From positions 65,233 through 129,232 of the forward strand of contig DYGY01000003.1 of the NCBI GenBank assembly GCA_020724425.1: a DNA stretch of 64,000 nt. Reading direction: 5' to 3'. Of the stretch, positions 1 to 9,046 are shown piece after piece (position 1 is the first letter of the stretch; every line of letters begins with the position of its first letter). The notes beneath the pieces were generated by a model, which saw only the letters and a program-made list of their open reading frames with translations, searched no databases and had not been told where the DNA came from. Position numbers and translations under genes: made by a program. This DNA comes from Thermaerobacter marianensis. Lineage in GTDB: Bacteria > Bacillota > Sulfobacillia > DVGY01.

Positions 1-1081
1 CAACCAAGAAACGATCACCAACAAACCCTTCATCTTTCTTCTTTAAGGTAACTAAGAAAGGCAAATCAGTATATTTCTTGGCATACTCAAGAAAATATTC
101 AGTCTCTCTCTCCATATAGAATTCTTTAAGGATTACATGGGTCATAGCCTGGGCTAAGGCTCCATCAGAACCAGGCTTAAGTGATACCCAGCTATCAGCA
201 AACTTCACAGATTCAGCATAATCAGGACTAACTGCCACTACCTTGGTTCCCTTGTACCTAACCTCAGTCATAAAGTGAGCATCAGGAGTTCTTGTTAAAG
301 GTACATTAGAACCCCACATCATCAAATAACCGGAATTATACCAGTCACTGCTCTCAGGTACATCAGTCTGCTCACCCCAGATTTGTGGTGAAGCAGGTGG
401 TAGATCAGCATACCAGTCATAGAAACTCATCATTGGTGAACCAAGCAACGAAAGGAAACGAGATCCTGCGGCGTAACTAACCATGGACATGGCAGGAATA
501 GGGGTAAAGCCAGCAATTCTATCAGGGCCATACTTGTCCAGCGTATAGATTAGGGAAGCAGCCATAATCTCATTTACTTCTTCCCAGGATGACCTGACAA
601 GACCACCCTTACCTCTAGCTGACTTATACTTTCTAACCTTATCCTCATCTTCAATAATACTCTTCCAGGCTGCTAGAGGATCAGCATTTTGCTCTTTAGC
701 TTCCCGCCAGAACTTTAGCAGGATCCCTCTAACATAGGGATGCTTAACCCTTAACGGACTGTAGGTATACCAGGAGAATGAAGCACCTCGAGGACAACCC
801 CTTGGTTCATACTCAGGAAAATCAGGTCCAGTTGAAGGATAATCAGTCTGCTGACCCTCCCAGGTAATAATGCCGTCCTTAACAAAGATCTTCCAGCTAC
901 ATGACCCCGTACAGTTAACACCATGAGTAGATCTCACAACCTTATCATGCTGCCAGCGATTGCGATACACCTTTTCCCACTCACGGTCCTGTGAGTCTAG
1001 CTGACTCCACCCATCAGAATACTTCTCCAGGGGCTTAAAGAAACGTAGCCTCTTTAACAAACGTGATGGCTCTTTCTTCAT
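1..1081 (-). CDS. narG: Respiratory nitrate reductase alpha subunit, N-terminal part (runs off the left edge; absent from ORF track)
   Basis: Manual translation from ATG 1081: MKKEPSRLLKRLRFF...RWQHDKVVRSTHGVNCTGSCSWKIFVKDG...EPRGCPRGASFSWY, the NarG FS0 motif; RBS AAAGGAG upstream; no Tat signal. Confidence 0.97.
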   Translation of the reverse strand, partial: MKKEPSRLLKRLRFFKPLEKYSDGWSQLDSQDREWEKVYRNRWQHDKVVRSTHGVNCTGSCSWKIFVKDGIITWEGQQTDYPSTGPDFPEYEPRGCPRGASFSWYTYSPLRVKHPYVRGILLKFWREAKEQNADPLAAWKSIIEDEDKVRKYKSARGKGGLVRSSWEEVNEIMAASLIYTLDKYGPDRIAGFTPIPAMSMVSYAAGSRFLSLLGSPMMSFYDWYADLPPASPQIWGEQTDVPESSDWYNSGYLMMWGSNVPLTRTPDAHFMTEVRYKGTKVVAVSPDYAESVKFADSWVSLKPGSDGALAQAMTHVILKEFYMERETEYFLEYAKKYTDLPFLVTLKKKDEGFVGDRFLV

Positions 1082-1130
1082 TTCGCCTCTCCTTTCACCA
1101 TATTCTCAACAGAACTCTTCCATTTTGTTT

Positions 1131-1197
1131 ATCATAGCAAACAAAGCTTACTAAACAATGAACCGAATCTTACAGGGATATAAACAAAAGCTTAACA
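1131..1197 (-). promoter_or_regulatory. narG promoter: extended -10 (TGcTATGAT) with five upstream half-sites at 11-bp periodicity, OmpR/PhoB-type operator
   Basis: Minus strand reads TTAAG/TTTAT/GTAAG/TTCAT/GTAAG every 11 bp, then TGCTATGAT; no good -35. Confidence 0.55.
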
Positions 1198-1206
1198 AAA
1201 TATTAA

Positions 1207-1230
1207 TGGGAAGGGTTTTTCCCCTTCCCA
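1207..1230 (-). terminator. Hairpin terminator after two-component operon
   Basis: TGGGAAGGG-N6-CCCTTCCCA inverted repeat followed by a T-rich tract on the minus strand. Confidence 0.7.
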
Positions 1231-1231
1231 C

Positions 1232-1945
1232 TCAAGTTCTATGTCCATTTTTGTTAAAACGATAACCAACACCCCAGACCGTCTCAATCCAGCAAGGAGT
1301 TGACGGATCATCCTCAATCTTCTCCCTGATTCTTCGTATCATCACAGTTATGGTTTCCGGGTCCCCTAAATAATTGCTCCCCCAAGCAGCTCCCGCTAAC
1401 TGATCTCTGCTTAGAGCCTGTCCAGCATGCTCAGCCAGAGTAAATAGCAGAGATAATTCCCCGGCAGTTAAGTAGACTGGGTGTCCATCCTTTTCCACTC
1501 TCTGTTCACCCTTATCAATAATAAGTGATCCAAACTGCAACCTCTCCTTAGAATCAGTTTTCACTGTCTCCTGACTACGCCTTAAGATAGCCTGAACCCT
1601 TAATACAAGCTCCTTTGGACTAAAAGGTTTGGTAACATAATCATCCGCACCAAAACGGAATCCCATCACCCTATCTAGCTCATCATCCTTTACCGAAAGG
1701 ACAATGATTGGTACAGGACTCATACTCCTAATCCTCTGAACAACCTCAAATCCATCTAGTTTTGGCATCATTAGATCAACAATCAACAAATCAGGATTCT
1801 CCTGAGCAAATCGGGTAAGTGCCTGTTCACCATCAACAGCACTAACCACAGTAAAGCCTTCTTTGCTCAAGATGTCTTCTAACACCCTGCGAATCTTAGG
1901 TTCATCATCAGCTATCAGAATCTTCTGACCTGCCAACACCATCAA
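1232..1945 (-). CDS. OmpR/PhoB-family response regulator
   Basis: REC domain (ADDE, DLMMP, KPF) plus winged-helix C-terminus ([16 protein letters not shown]). Confidence 0.95.
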   Translation of the reverse strand: MMVLAGQKILIADDEPKIRRVLEDILSKEGFTVVSAVDGEQALTRFAQENPDLLIVDLMMPKLDGFEVVQRIRSMSPVPIIVLSVKDDELDRVMGFRFGADDYVTKPFSPKELVLRVQAILRRSQETVKTDSKERLQFGSLIIDKGEQRVEKDGHPVYLTAGELSLLFTLAEHAGQALSRDQLAGAAWGSNYLGDPETITVMIRRIREKIEDDPSTPCWIETVWGVGYRFNKNGHRT

Positions 1946-3807
1946 CCCTTTCTCTGCAAACTCCTCACGGCTGTTGGTAAAGTGAAGCTAAAAGCAGCAC
2001 CTCTTCCCAACTCACTCTCTACCCATATTTTTCCTCCATGCATTTCAACAAGTCTTTTTGTTAAAGCCAGACCAAGCCCAGTTCCCGAATGAGCCCTTGA
2101 AGAAGACCCATCAACCTGTCTGAATTCATCAAAAATCAGATCATGATCCTCTTTAGCAATCCCAATACCATTATCACTAACAGTCACTATAACCTGCCTG
2201 TTTTCTTCATCATTGACTACTCTTAAGACTACCTCACCATCTCTAGATGTAAACTTAACGGCATTAGCCAGCAAGTTAACCAAAACCTGCCTAATTCTTT
2301 TGCCATCAGCCCAGACCAAACCATTCTTCTCAGGCCATTCCTCCTTCAGATGAACTCCTTTCTGCTTAGCTAAAATCCCAATACCCTTCCTCAATCCCCC
2401 TACAATTTCCCGTAAATCTTGGGTCTCCGGATAAAGAGTCATCTTTCCTGCCTCAATCTTTGCTAAATCAAGCAAGTCATTTATCAGATTTAATAATTGA
2501 CTGCTGCTCTCATAAATCTCCTTAAGGTAACTATACTGCTCCTCGTTAATATCTCCAGCAACCTCATTCTGCAAAAGCTCTGTAAAGGCTAAAATCGAAG
2601 TCAAAGGAGTCCTCAACTCATGACTCATATTGGCAAGAAACTCAGACTTTAACCGATTAGCACTAGCCAACTCTTCATTAGCTTCAGCCAACCACAAACT
2701 CTGCTTCTCTAGTTCTGCATTAGCCCTCAATAGTTCCTCTCTTTGATCAGCAATACTCTTAACCATCTTGTTAAAGGCTACCGTTAGATCCTCGATCTCA
2801 TCACTAGTCTCAGGATTATATACCTGAACCCTCAAATTACCTCTCTCAACAGACTTCGCCGCATCTGCCAACTTAAGAATTGGTTCAGTTAAACCCCTAG
2901 AAAGAATAATGGATGCAACAACTACAAGAATAACCCCAACAAACAAAATCACCGCGGTCCACATGGTCTGAACCTTAACAGGAGCAAAAACCTCCGTAGT
3001 CTCCATAATCGCTAGCAAAGTCCAGTTAAGACCGGGATAAGGTCCATAACCAGAAAGATTTGTATAGCCAGTAATTACGGATCTTCCCCCAATTTCCTCC
3101 CGAATAACTCCACCCTCATGATAATCAGCATACAACACCTTACTACCAGCCCAAACTTCCCCCGGTAGGATTGGCCCATCCTTATCCACAATAACTCTTC
3201 CCTGACTATCTACAAGATACGCTGTTCCAGTGTCACCAACCTTTAAGGCCTCCACATGCCTTGCTACAGAAGACATCTTAACTTCAGTATGAATAACCCC
3301 TGTAACACTTCCACCAGAATCTAAAACAGCAGTAGTGAAACCAACCACCGGCTTATAACCAGACAAATATGATTCATAAACATCATAAACAAGAATCTCT
3401 CCCGGTTTGCTAATAGCTTCCTGAAACCACTCCTCCTCACTCACATCTATACCAATGGTTACCTGATTAGACGAACTGCTAATAACTCCATCTAGACCAG
3501 CATACCCTAACCAGGAATAGGGTTCATAGGTATCAAGAATTAAACCAAAAAAACGATTCTGTTCATAAACAAGCTCATCATCTTGAAACATAGGCAACTT
3601 GGCATAATGATTTATATCAACATAACGAAAATACAATAGTTCTTCAATACGAGCAGCAGCTGGTCCAGGAATAGAAGCCACCTGTCTTTCTGCATTCATA
3701 GCTATCTCTCTGGCGCCAATAAAGGAACTAACAGCCGCTGCACTAAGAGGCACAATGCCCAATAACAGCATTGCTAAAAGAACCTTGCTACGAACACTCT
3801 TTAACAA
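1942..3807 (-). CDS. Sensor histidine kinase, TM-dCache-TM-HAMP-HisKA-HATPase
   Basis: Two TM segments flanking a Cache-like domain ([15 protein letters not shown]), HAMP, H-box [15 protein letters not shown]1/F/G2 boxes; 4-nt overlap with the regulator. Confidence 0.93.
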   Translation of the reverse strand: MLKSVRSKVLLAMLLLGIVPLSAAAVSSFIGAREIAMNAERQVASIPGPAAARIEELLYFRYVDINHYAKLPMFQDDELVYEQNRFFGLILDTYEPYSWLGYAGLDGVISSSSNQVTIGIDVSEEEWFQEAISKPGEILVYDVYESYLSGYKPVVGFTTAVLDSGGSVTGVIHTEVKMSSVARHVEALKVGDTGTAYLVDSQGRVIVDKDGPILPGEVWAGSKVLYADYHEGGVIREEIGGRSVITGYTNLSGYGPYPGLNWTLLAIMETTEVFAPVKVQTMWTAVILFVGVILVVVASIILSRGLTEPILKLADAAKSVERGNLRVQVYNPETSDEIEDLTVAFNKMVKSIADQREELLRANAELEKQSLWLAEANEELASANRLKSEFLANMSHELRTPLTSILAFTELLQNEVAGDINEEQYSYLKEIYESSSQLLNLINDLLDLAKIEAGKMTLYPETQDLREIVGGLRKGIGILAKQKGVHLKEEWPEKNGLVWADGKRIRQVLVNLLANAVKFTSRDGEVVLRVVNDEENRQVIVTVSDNGIGIAKEDHDLIFDEFRQVDGSSSRAHSGTGLGLALTKRLVEMHGGKIWVESELGRGAAFSFTLPTAVRSLQRKG

Positions 3808-3940
3808 ATCTGTCGCCCCCTTTTCCTAATTATATCAAGATAAGCTGACACAAAACTACAAAAAAGGTATCTCCTCAAAAAATCACCGGAAATTCTATAG
3901 CATATCCAAACCCAAAAATACTAATAATTCTAACAGGAGG

Positions 3941-4249
3941 ATGATTAGTATGGTAAATAACCAGCAATTAGTTCCAGGAACCAACCTAAAGAGATTAAAA
4001 TATGAAGTGGCTTCAGAAATACCATACTTTGGTGGCCCCATCCCAAACGATCAGGAATATAAATCCCGACTCGACAACCTCAAGTTCCAAGTAGCCCAGG
4101 AACTCCAGATACCTCTAAACAGAGGCTATAATGGAGAACTAACTTCCAGACAAGCTGGAGCAATAGGTGGTCGCCTTGGTGGTAAAATTGGTGGCCAAAT
4201 GGTCAAAAGGATGATAGCCTACGCCGAAAACCAACTCTCCCAGCAATAA
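3941..4249 (+). CDS. Alpha/beta-type small acid-soluble spore protein with duplicated first helix
   Basis: LKYEVASEI and LKFQVAQEL motifs, LTSRQAG...GGQMVKRMI; RBS AGGAGG (start may be ATG 3950). Confidence 0.9.
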   Translation: MISMVNNQQLVPGTNLKRLKYEVASEIPYFGGPIPNDQEYKSRLDNLKFQVAQELQIPLNRGYNGELTSRQAGAIGGRLGGKIGGQMVKRMIAYAENQLSQQ

Positions 4250-4253
4250 GTTA

Positions 4254-4280
4254 CCCGGGGATATCCCCGGGCCTTTTTTT
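4254..4280 (+). terminator. Intrinsic terminator
   Basis: CCCGGGGA-TA-TCCCCGGG followed by CC-T7. Confidence 0.85.
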
Positions 4281-4284
4281 GTAA

Positions 4285-4309
4285 AGGAATCCTTCTTATT
4301 CTAGAGAAT
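4285..4309 (+). promoter_or_regulatory. SigH-like promoter of degV-family gene
   Basis: AGGA-N17-GAAT, matching the B. subtilis SigH consensus. Confidence 0.55.
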
Positions 4310-4330
4310 ACTTCTCTCAACCAGAGAGGA

Positions 4331-5188
4331 GTGTGCCTTGTGAAAATCGGTATAGTCACCGATAGCTCAATAAGTCTCCCAGAAAATCTTCTAAAACAAC
4401 ATAACATTCATGTCATCCCCATCCTAATTACTCATGGTGAAAAAACATACAGGGATCGTATTGACATTAATACCCTGAAATTCTACAGTCTCTTAGATGA
4501 CAAGACTTATCCTAAAACCTCCCAACCATCACCAGGAGAATTCATCGCTACATACGAACAACTCAAAGAACAATTCCAGGCAATCATATCTATCCATGTG
4601 ACGGCAAAAGCCAGTGGAACCTGCCAGTCCGCCCTCATAGCCCGTGAACACCTAAAGAATCAGGACATCACCATAGTTGACTCAGAAACAACCAGCATGG
4701 GATTAGGCTTCTTAACCCTTGCTGCAGCTAAAGCTGCCCAAAAAGGTCTCTCAAAAGACGAAATCCTAACACTATTAGAACACACCAAGCAACAGATACA
4801 CCAGTATATGGCCCTGCCATCTCTACAATATCTGCGTAAGAGTGGCCGTCTACATGCTGGTCAATCCATTCTAGCCTCACTATTAAGAATCGCACCTGTA
4901 CTAACGATGAAAGATGGAATACTAACTGCAACAGCCAGATTACGTAGCTTTCAAGCAGCTTTGGACCACTCAGTATCCTTGCTCAAACAAGATGTGGGGC
5001 AAGATCCCATCATACTTGGAATAATCCATGCTAATGCCGAAGAAAAAGCAAGAGACTTAGCTACTAGATTAGCTAAAGAATTCCACACCCTAGAAATAAT
5101 TATTAGTGATATTGGTTCAGCATTAGCAGTTCACGGTGGACCCGGAATGCTTGGTTTAGCTGCCTGGAAACAAGATGATATTTGGTAA
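4331..5188 (+). CDS. DegV family fatty-acid-binding protein (FakB-like)
   Basis: IVTDS, PKTSQPS, SGTCQSA, DSETTSMGLG, SGRL, HGGPG motifs; start probably GTG 4340. Confidence 0.93.
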   Translation: MCLVKIGIVTDSSISLPENLLKQHNIHVIPILITHGEKTYRDRIDINTLKFYSLLDDKTYPKTSQPSPGEFIATYEQLKEQFQAIISIHVTAKASGTCQSALIAREHLKNQDITIVDSETTSMGLGFLTLAAAKAAQKGLSKDEILTLLEHTKQQIHQYMALPSLQYLRKSGRLHAGQSILASLLRIAPVLTMKDGILTATARLRSFQAALDHSVSLLKQDVGQDPIILGIIHANAEEKARDLATRLAKEFHTLEIIISDIGSALAVHGGPGMLGLAAWKQDDIW

Positions 5189-5214
5189 CTTCTTCCTTTG
5201 CTTTGGCATATACT
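5185..5214 (+). promoter_or_regulatory. Sporulation-sigma-like promoter of putative sRNA
   Basis: GTAAC-N15-GGCATATACT; CATAnnnT is the SigE/SigK-type -10; predicted start coincides with the 5' stem at 5220. Confidence 0.45.
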
Positions 5215-5219
5215 CTATC

Positions 5220-5332
5220 GAGACAGTTTGATGGAGGATGCTCCCCTGACCCTCTTGCCTACCCTGGACCTCCATCTGGCAAACCCCCGAAAGCCCTGTC
5301 TCAGGGCCTTGATAGCAATCAAGGCCCTTCTT
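5220..5332 (+). ncRNA. Putative structured small RNA (possibly CsfG-like) with terminal hairpin
   Basis: Nested pairings GAGACAG/CTGTCTC and GATGGAGG/CCTCCATC around a pyrimidine-rich loop, then perfect 11-bp hairpin AGGGCCTTGAT-AGCA-ATCAAGGCCCT plus TCTT. Confidence 0.55.
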
Positions 5333-5426
5333 GTCATCAATTTGTAAAACTCCTCCAGAATGGATTTTAATTTTTTTGCCGAATATAGTACGATGATTTC
5401 CTAAAGACATTAAAGGCGGTGAAGAT

Positions 5427-6239
5427 TTGCTAAAAAGAAAACAATCCTACCTGCTCCTTACCCTAGTGTTCCTTCTTCTATTTGCTATACCTGCAGAAGC
5501 AGGCACTATAAGGGTTAATGGAGAAGTGGTAGAACTAGATCAAGCACCAATCAAAGAAAACGGACGCATACTAGTACCCATGCGTCCAGTTCTAGAAGCC
5601 TTAGATGCATACGTCCAGTGGTTACCCACTGGTCAGGGTGTATACACAAAAAAAGATAATACCGAAATTTATCTGTTCCCTGAACAGCATTACGCTTTTG
5701 TAAACTATGAACCCGTTTACCTAGATGCTCCCGCTAAAATTGTAAACGGAAGAACCATGGTACCGCTCAGGTTTGTAATGGAGGGCTTAGGAGCTACAGT
5801 CGACTATGACTACGCTACAGGTGATGTTGATATCTATCAAGCTAAAAATGACAAGACAGTTACCACACTAGCAACAACCCATAATCCCGATGATGTAGCT
5901 ACTCTAGCAAGACTGATAGCTTCAGAAGCTCCAGGAGAACCATATGACGGGAAAATAGCGGTGGCTGCTGTTGTAATGAACAGAGTAAATGACTCACGAT
6001 TCCCATCTTCAATAAAGGACGTAGTTTATCAACCCAATCAATTTACAGTTATAAATAACGGGCAATACTACTCCCGTAACATAACAGCTGAAGACCTAAC
6101 AGCCGCAGTCGCAGCTCTTGAAGGAGAGGATCCCTCAAATGGTGCCCTGTTTTTCTTTAATCCAAGACGCACCTCTGATTCATTCCTTCACTCTAGAACC
6201 CCAATTATCGATATTGGTAATCATCGTTTTACCCGCTAA
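5427..6239 (+). CDS. Secreted cell-wall hydrolase (copper-amine-oxidase-like N-terminal/stalk domain plus SleB/CwlJ Hydrolase_2)
   Basis: Signal peptide; GRILVPMR/GRTMVPLRFV repeats; LARLIASEA..E...VAAVVMNRV, QFT, GALFFFNP, IGNHRF. Confidence 0.9.
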   Translation: MLKRKQSYLLLTLVFLLLFAIPAEAGTIRVNGEVVELDQAPIKENGRILVPMRPVLEALDAYVQWLPTGQGVYTKKDNTEIYLFPEQHYAFVNYEPVYLDAPAKIVNGRTMVPLRFVMEGLGATVDYDYATGDVDIYQAKNDKTVTTLATTHNPDDVATLARLIASEAPGEPYDGKIAVAAVVMNRVNDSRFPSSIKDVVYQPNQFTVINNGQYYSRNITAEDLTAAVAALEGEDPSNGALFFFNPRRTSDSFLHSRTPIIDIGNHRFTR

Positions 6240-7286
6240 AGCGATCAAATACATGGCATGAGACCATAACAGGGGGCTTGCAGAAGGCCCCCATTCCTCT
6301 TGCCAGTGCAACAAAGCATTCTTATCAATATCTCTTCCCGGCACCTGCTCGGGTAGCTCCCCATCCATACTTTGCTCTTCAATCCATTCAATCAACTTTT
6401 CCGCCTTATTATCATTACCAATCAGGTTATAATACCAGGCTAGCCAGGCGGTTAAGAGGATCCACTCCCCACCACCATAATATGTATCACTCACATACCT
6501 TCGCAACCCACCACCAAGCAAATCCTCTTCAATCTTCCAAACCGTATTCTTAATAAGTTCAGAATCAACCTCCCATAACCCAAAGGGTACACTAACCCAC
6601 AGTAAGCTGCTATCAACCAGCAAAGAATCCTCTTTGACAAACTTAACTAGATGACCCTCCCTAACACCATGAATACTAATATAATCCCTTATCTCTAAAG
6701 CTTTATCTATATATACCTCTTCACCAAGGCAATTCCCGGCAACTTTCAAACCCGCAGCAACAGCTGCCAGTGTTGCTGTATGCACATGCTCGGGATTTTC
6801 TTCCCAACAATCATAATTTGGTAACTGCCAAAAAGCTCTTAGGTACTCAGCACTCAAATAAATAGCTTCTCTATATTCTTCAACACTCTGCCCCGTTAAC
6901 CTTAAGTGTTCATTCAACCCCCATAACCAGGTTCCATAACCATCCAACTGAAAATTACCCCAAGGCTCATTCACTTCCTCACCTGTTAACGTATAGCGAG
7001 TATGTAAGAAATCTGCAAAAGGAATCTCTTCACCAAGAGACTTCCGGCGCAGAAGATTATGAATACGTTCACCCCGACTCACTACAACACGATTAACCCA
7101 TTGATAGAAATTCCTTGCAGCTTCATGTTCACCATACAGATCAAGAGCATAAGCAATGAAGGTTCCATCCCTTAACCAAGAATACCTGTAATGGGCAAAT
7201 GCAGGTGAGGCTACAAAAGCTCCAGTCTCAGACTGATTGTCCAGTATAATCCTTAAACTCTTCATCTTAAGATCCATCTCATCCAC
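6180..7286 (-). CDS. Glycoside hydrolase family 15 (glucoamylase-like)
   Basis: YSWLRDG, QLDGYG, DCWEE, LRRY..D.YYGG, LPEQV, PLLWSHAMY. Confidence 0.9.
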   Translation of the reverse strand: MDEMDLKMKSLRIILDNQSETGAFVASPAFAHYRYSWLRDGTFIAYALDLYGEHEAARNFYQWVNRVVVSRGERIHNLLRRKSLGEEIPFADFLHTRYTLTGEEVNEPWGNFQLDGYGTWLWGLNEHLRLTGQSVEEYREAIYLSAEYLRAFWQLPNYDCWEENPEHVHTATLAAVAAGLKVAGNCLGEEVYIDKALEIRDYISIHGVREGHLVKFVKEDSLLVDSSLLWVSVPFGLWEVDSELIKNTVWKIEEDLLGGGLRRYVSDTYYGGGEWILLTAWLAWYYNLIGNDNKAEKLIEWIEEQSMDGELPEQVPGRDIDKNALLHWQEEWGPSASPLLWSHAMYLIALAGKTMITNIDNWGSRVKE

Positions 7287-7353
7287 CTCATTTTATCTCT
7301 TCTGAAAAACAAGAACCCTATCGGGTTTTCTCTCACAACACGACATATCCCTG

Positions 7354-8982
7354 CTATGGCTTTAGGTATCTACTAATCCCCTCCCTAATGGCCAAAGCAG
7401 CTCTTTGTTGAAAGATATCTGTGCCCAGCAACTCCTCCTCCTCCCTATTTGTTATAAAAGCCAGTTCCACCAGAACAGCTGGCATAGTAGTTTCCCTCAA
7501 AACAGCAAAATTAGCAGTCTTAATCCCCCTGTCCCTTCTACCTAAGAGACTAACTAACCGAGAATGAATACTCTCAGCTAGTTTCTTGCCTTCCAAAGAA
7601 GTGGGAAAGTGATAGGTTTCTGTACCCTGAGCTAAAGGTGAAGCAGCCCCATTACAATGAATACTAACAAAGATTCTAGCTTTCATCTGGTTAGCCAGTG
7701 CTGCTCTTTCCTCAAGACTAATCCATCTATCATCATCCCGAGTTAGAACAACAAATACCCCCGCATCAAGAAGCACCCTTTGCAACCTTAAAGCCACGGC
7801 CAAATTAATGTCCTTCTCTTTTAACCTGATTCCCATGGCTCCAGGGTCTCTACCTCCATGTCCTGGATCAACTACCACTAAAGCTGATACCACTGGCACC
7901 TCTCCTCCCCCCTCTATCCTAACACCTGGGTAATAGTGGTAGATGATATCCCTATGGCCTCTTCCTACCTGTGCCTGCCCTTCAGCCCCCCATTGACACA
8001 AACCAACACCATGACCAAAACCTCGTGTTTCAATACCCAGCCCAACTACCCAACTAGAAGGTAAACCAAACTCCTTGCGAAACTCTGTAGCAGAATACTC
8101 TTTATCGGCCAAGACTATAGACTTTGGCCTGCCAGTTTCCGGTTTCACCTGAAAAACCCTAGAAGCATCCGAGCTATTATGATAATGTGGGGAATTTTTG
8201 CAGTATTCACAGACTACTGGAGTTAAATAGGGGACTGAAGAACCCCAAACATCCCGTGCAGATACTGTCTGACCACCACAGGTTGAATGATAGACCGCAT
8301 CAATAAGCTCACCCTCAAAAGTTATATATTGATTCCCACATAACCGTGCTACTTTTCTCAATTTCTCCTGATATACGGGATACTTCTCTCCAAAGCGCGC
8401 CATTCGCTCAGCCGTTGACCACCAGGCCTGATGAATCTTTGAATCAGAAGTAAGGTCATAATCCCTTTCATATCCCTTGCCACCAAAAATACGCATTCTT
8501 CTTAAGGCATAGGTCCTAGCAACTATCCCTTGAGCCACCAGACTCTCTAATGAAAACTCAGCTGGCATTTCTGCTGCAACTACCCCTTCCACATATTCTC
8601 TAAGCAACAGTTCTCTTTTGATTTTCTCCTGATGATCAAATAGATCTACCATCAGAAGATCAAAAGCGATTTCCAGACAATTCTCCTGCCATCTCAGTTC
8701 TAACTGATCTGTTTCTAGATACCTCTCCAAATCATAAACAATCCTTACAATATCCTTGCTGAACTGCCCAAAGCGAATCATCTTTATCAACCTATTACCC
8801 ACTTGAATTTCTCTTAGAGCAGAGTCCAACTTTGCCTGTTCCATATCAATAACCAGCCTAGCTGGCCCATCTAATGCAAACACCTTTGCCCTATCTTTCT
8901 CCCCTTGAAAACTAATCTTTAAGATATGGTCATGTCTGTATTTCAATACCCTTTCCTGCTGATCAATTGCAACAATATGCAA
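7354..8982 (-). CDS. AMIN + SpoIID/LytB + N-acetylmuramoyl-L-alanine amidase (Amidase_3) fusion
   Basis: PARLVID/VRIVYDL (AMIN); YVEGVVAAEMP, YHSTCGG, GHGVGLCQWGA (SpoIID); DPGHGG, SIHCN, LVELAF (amidase). Start refined to TTG 8982 after GGAGG. Confidence 0.88.
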   Translation of the reverse strand: MHIVAIDQQERVLKYRHDHILKISFQGEKDRAKVFALDGPARLVIDMEQAKLDSALREIQVGNRLIKMIRFGQFSKDIVRIVYDLERYLETDQLELRWQENCLEIAFDLLMVDLFDHQEKIKRELLLREYVEGVVAAEMPAEFSLESLVAQGIVARTYALRRMRIFGGKGYERDYDLTSDSKIHQAWWSTAERMARFGEKYPVYQEKLRKVARLCGNQYITFEGELIDAVYHSTCGGQTVSARDVWGSSVPYLTPVVCEYCKNSPHYHNSSDASRVFQVKPETGRPKSIVLADKEYSATEFRKEFGLPSSWVVGLGIETRGFGHGVGLCQWGAEGQAQVGRGHRDIIYHYYPGVRIEGGGEVPVVSALVVVDPGHGGRDPGAMGIRLKEKDINLAVALRLQRVLLDAGVFVVLTRDDDRWISLEERAALANQMKARIFVSIHCNGAASPLAQGTETYHFPTSLEGKKLAESIHSRLVSLLGRRDRGIKTANFAVLRETTMPAVLVELAFITNREEEELLGTDIFQQRAALAIREGISRYLKP

Positions 8983-9006
8983 AAGGGTCACCTCCATAAT
9001 AACTCT

Positions 9007-9019
9007 CATATATTGTATG
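9007..9019. promoter_or_regulatory. Overlapping mother-cell (SigE/SigK-type) -10 elements for the divergent gene pair
   Basis: Plus CATATATT (9007-9014) and minus CATACAAT (9019-9012); -35 elements weak. Confidence 0.4.
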
Positions 9020-9046
9020 GCAGGTATTACCAAGGAGGTACACCAA

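Noticed and set aside
5277-5330. c-di-GMP-I riboswitch (GGCAAACC..GAAA) upstream of the wall hydrolase
   Set aside because: No pairing around GAAA and no GACGCAAA/P2 motif; the region fits an independent sRNA better
5156-5410. Short ORFs 5182-5370 (+) and 5156-5410 (-)
   Set aside because: No convincing RBS or motif; they overlap a structured RNA-like region
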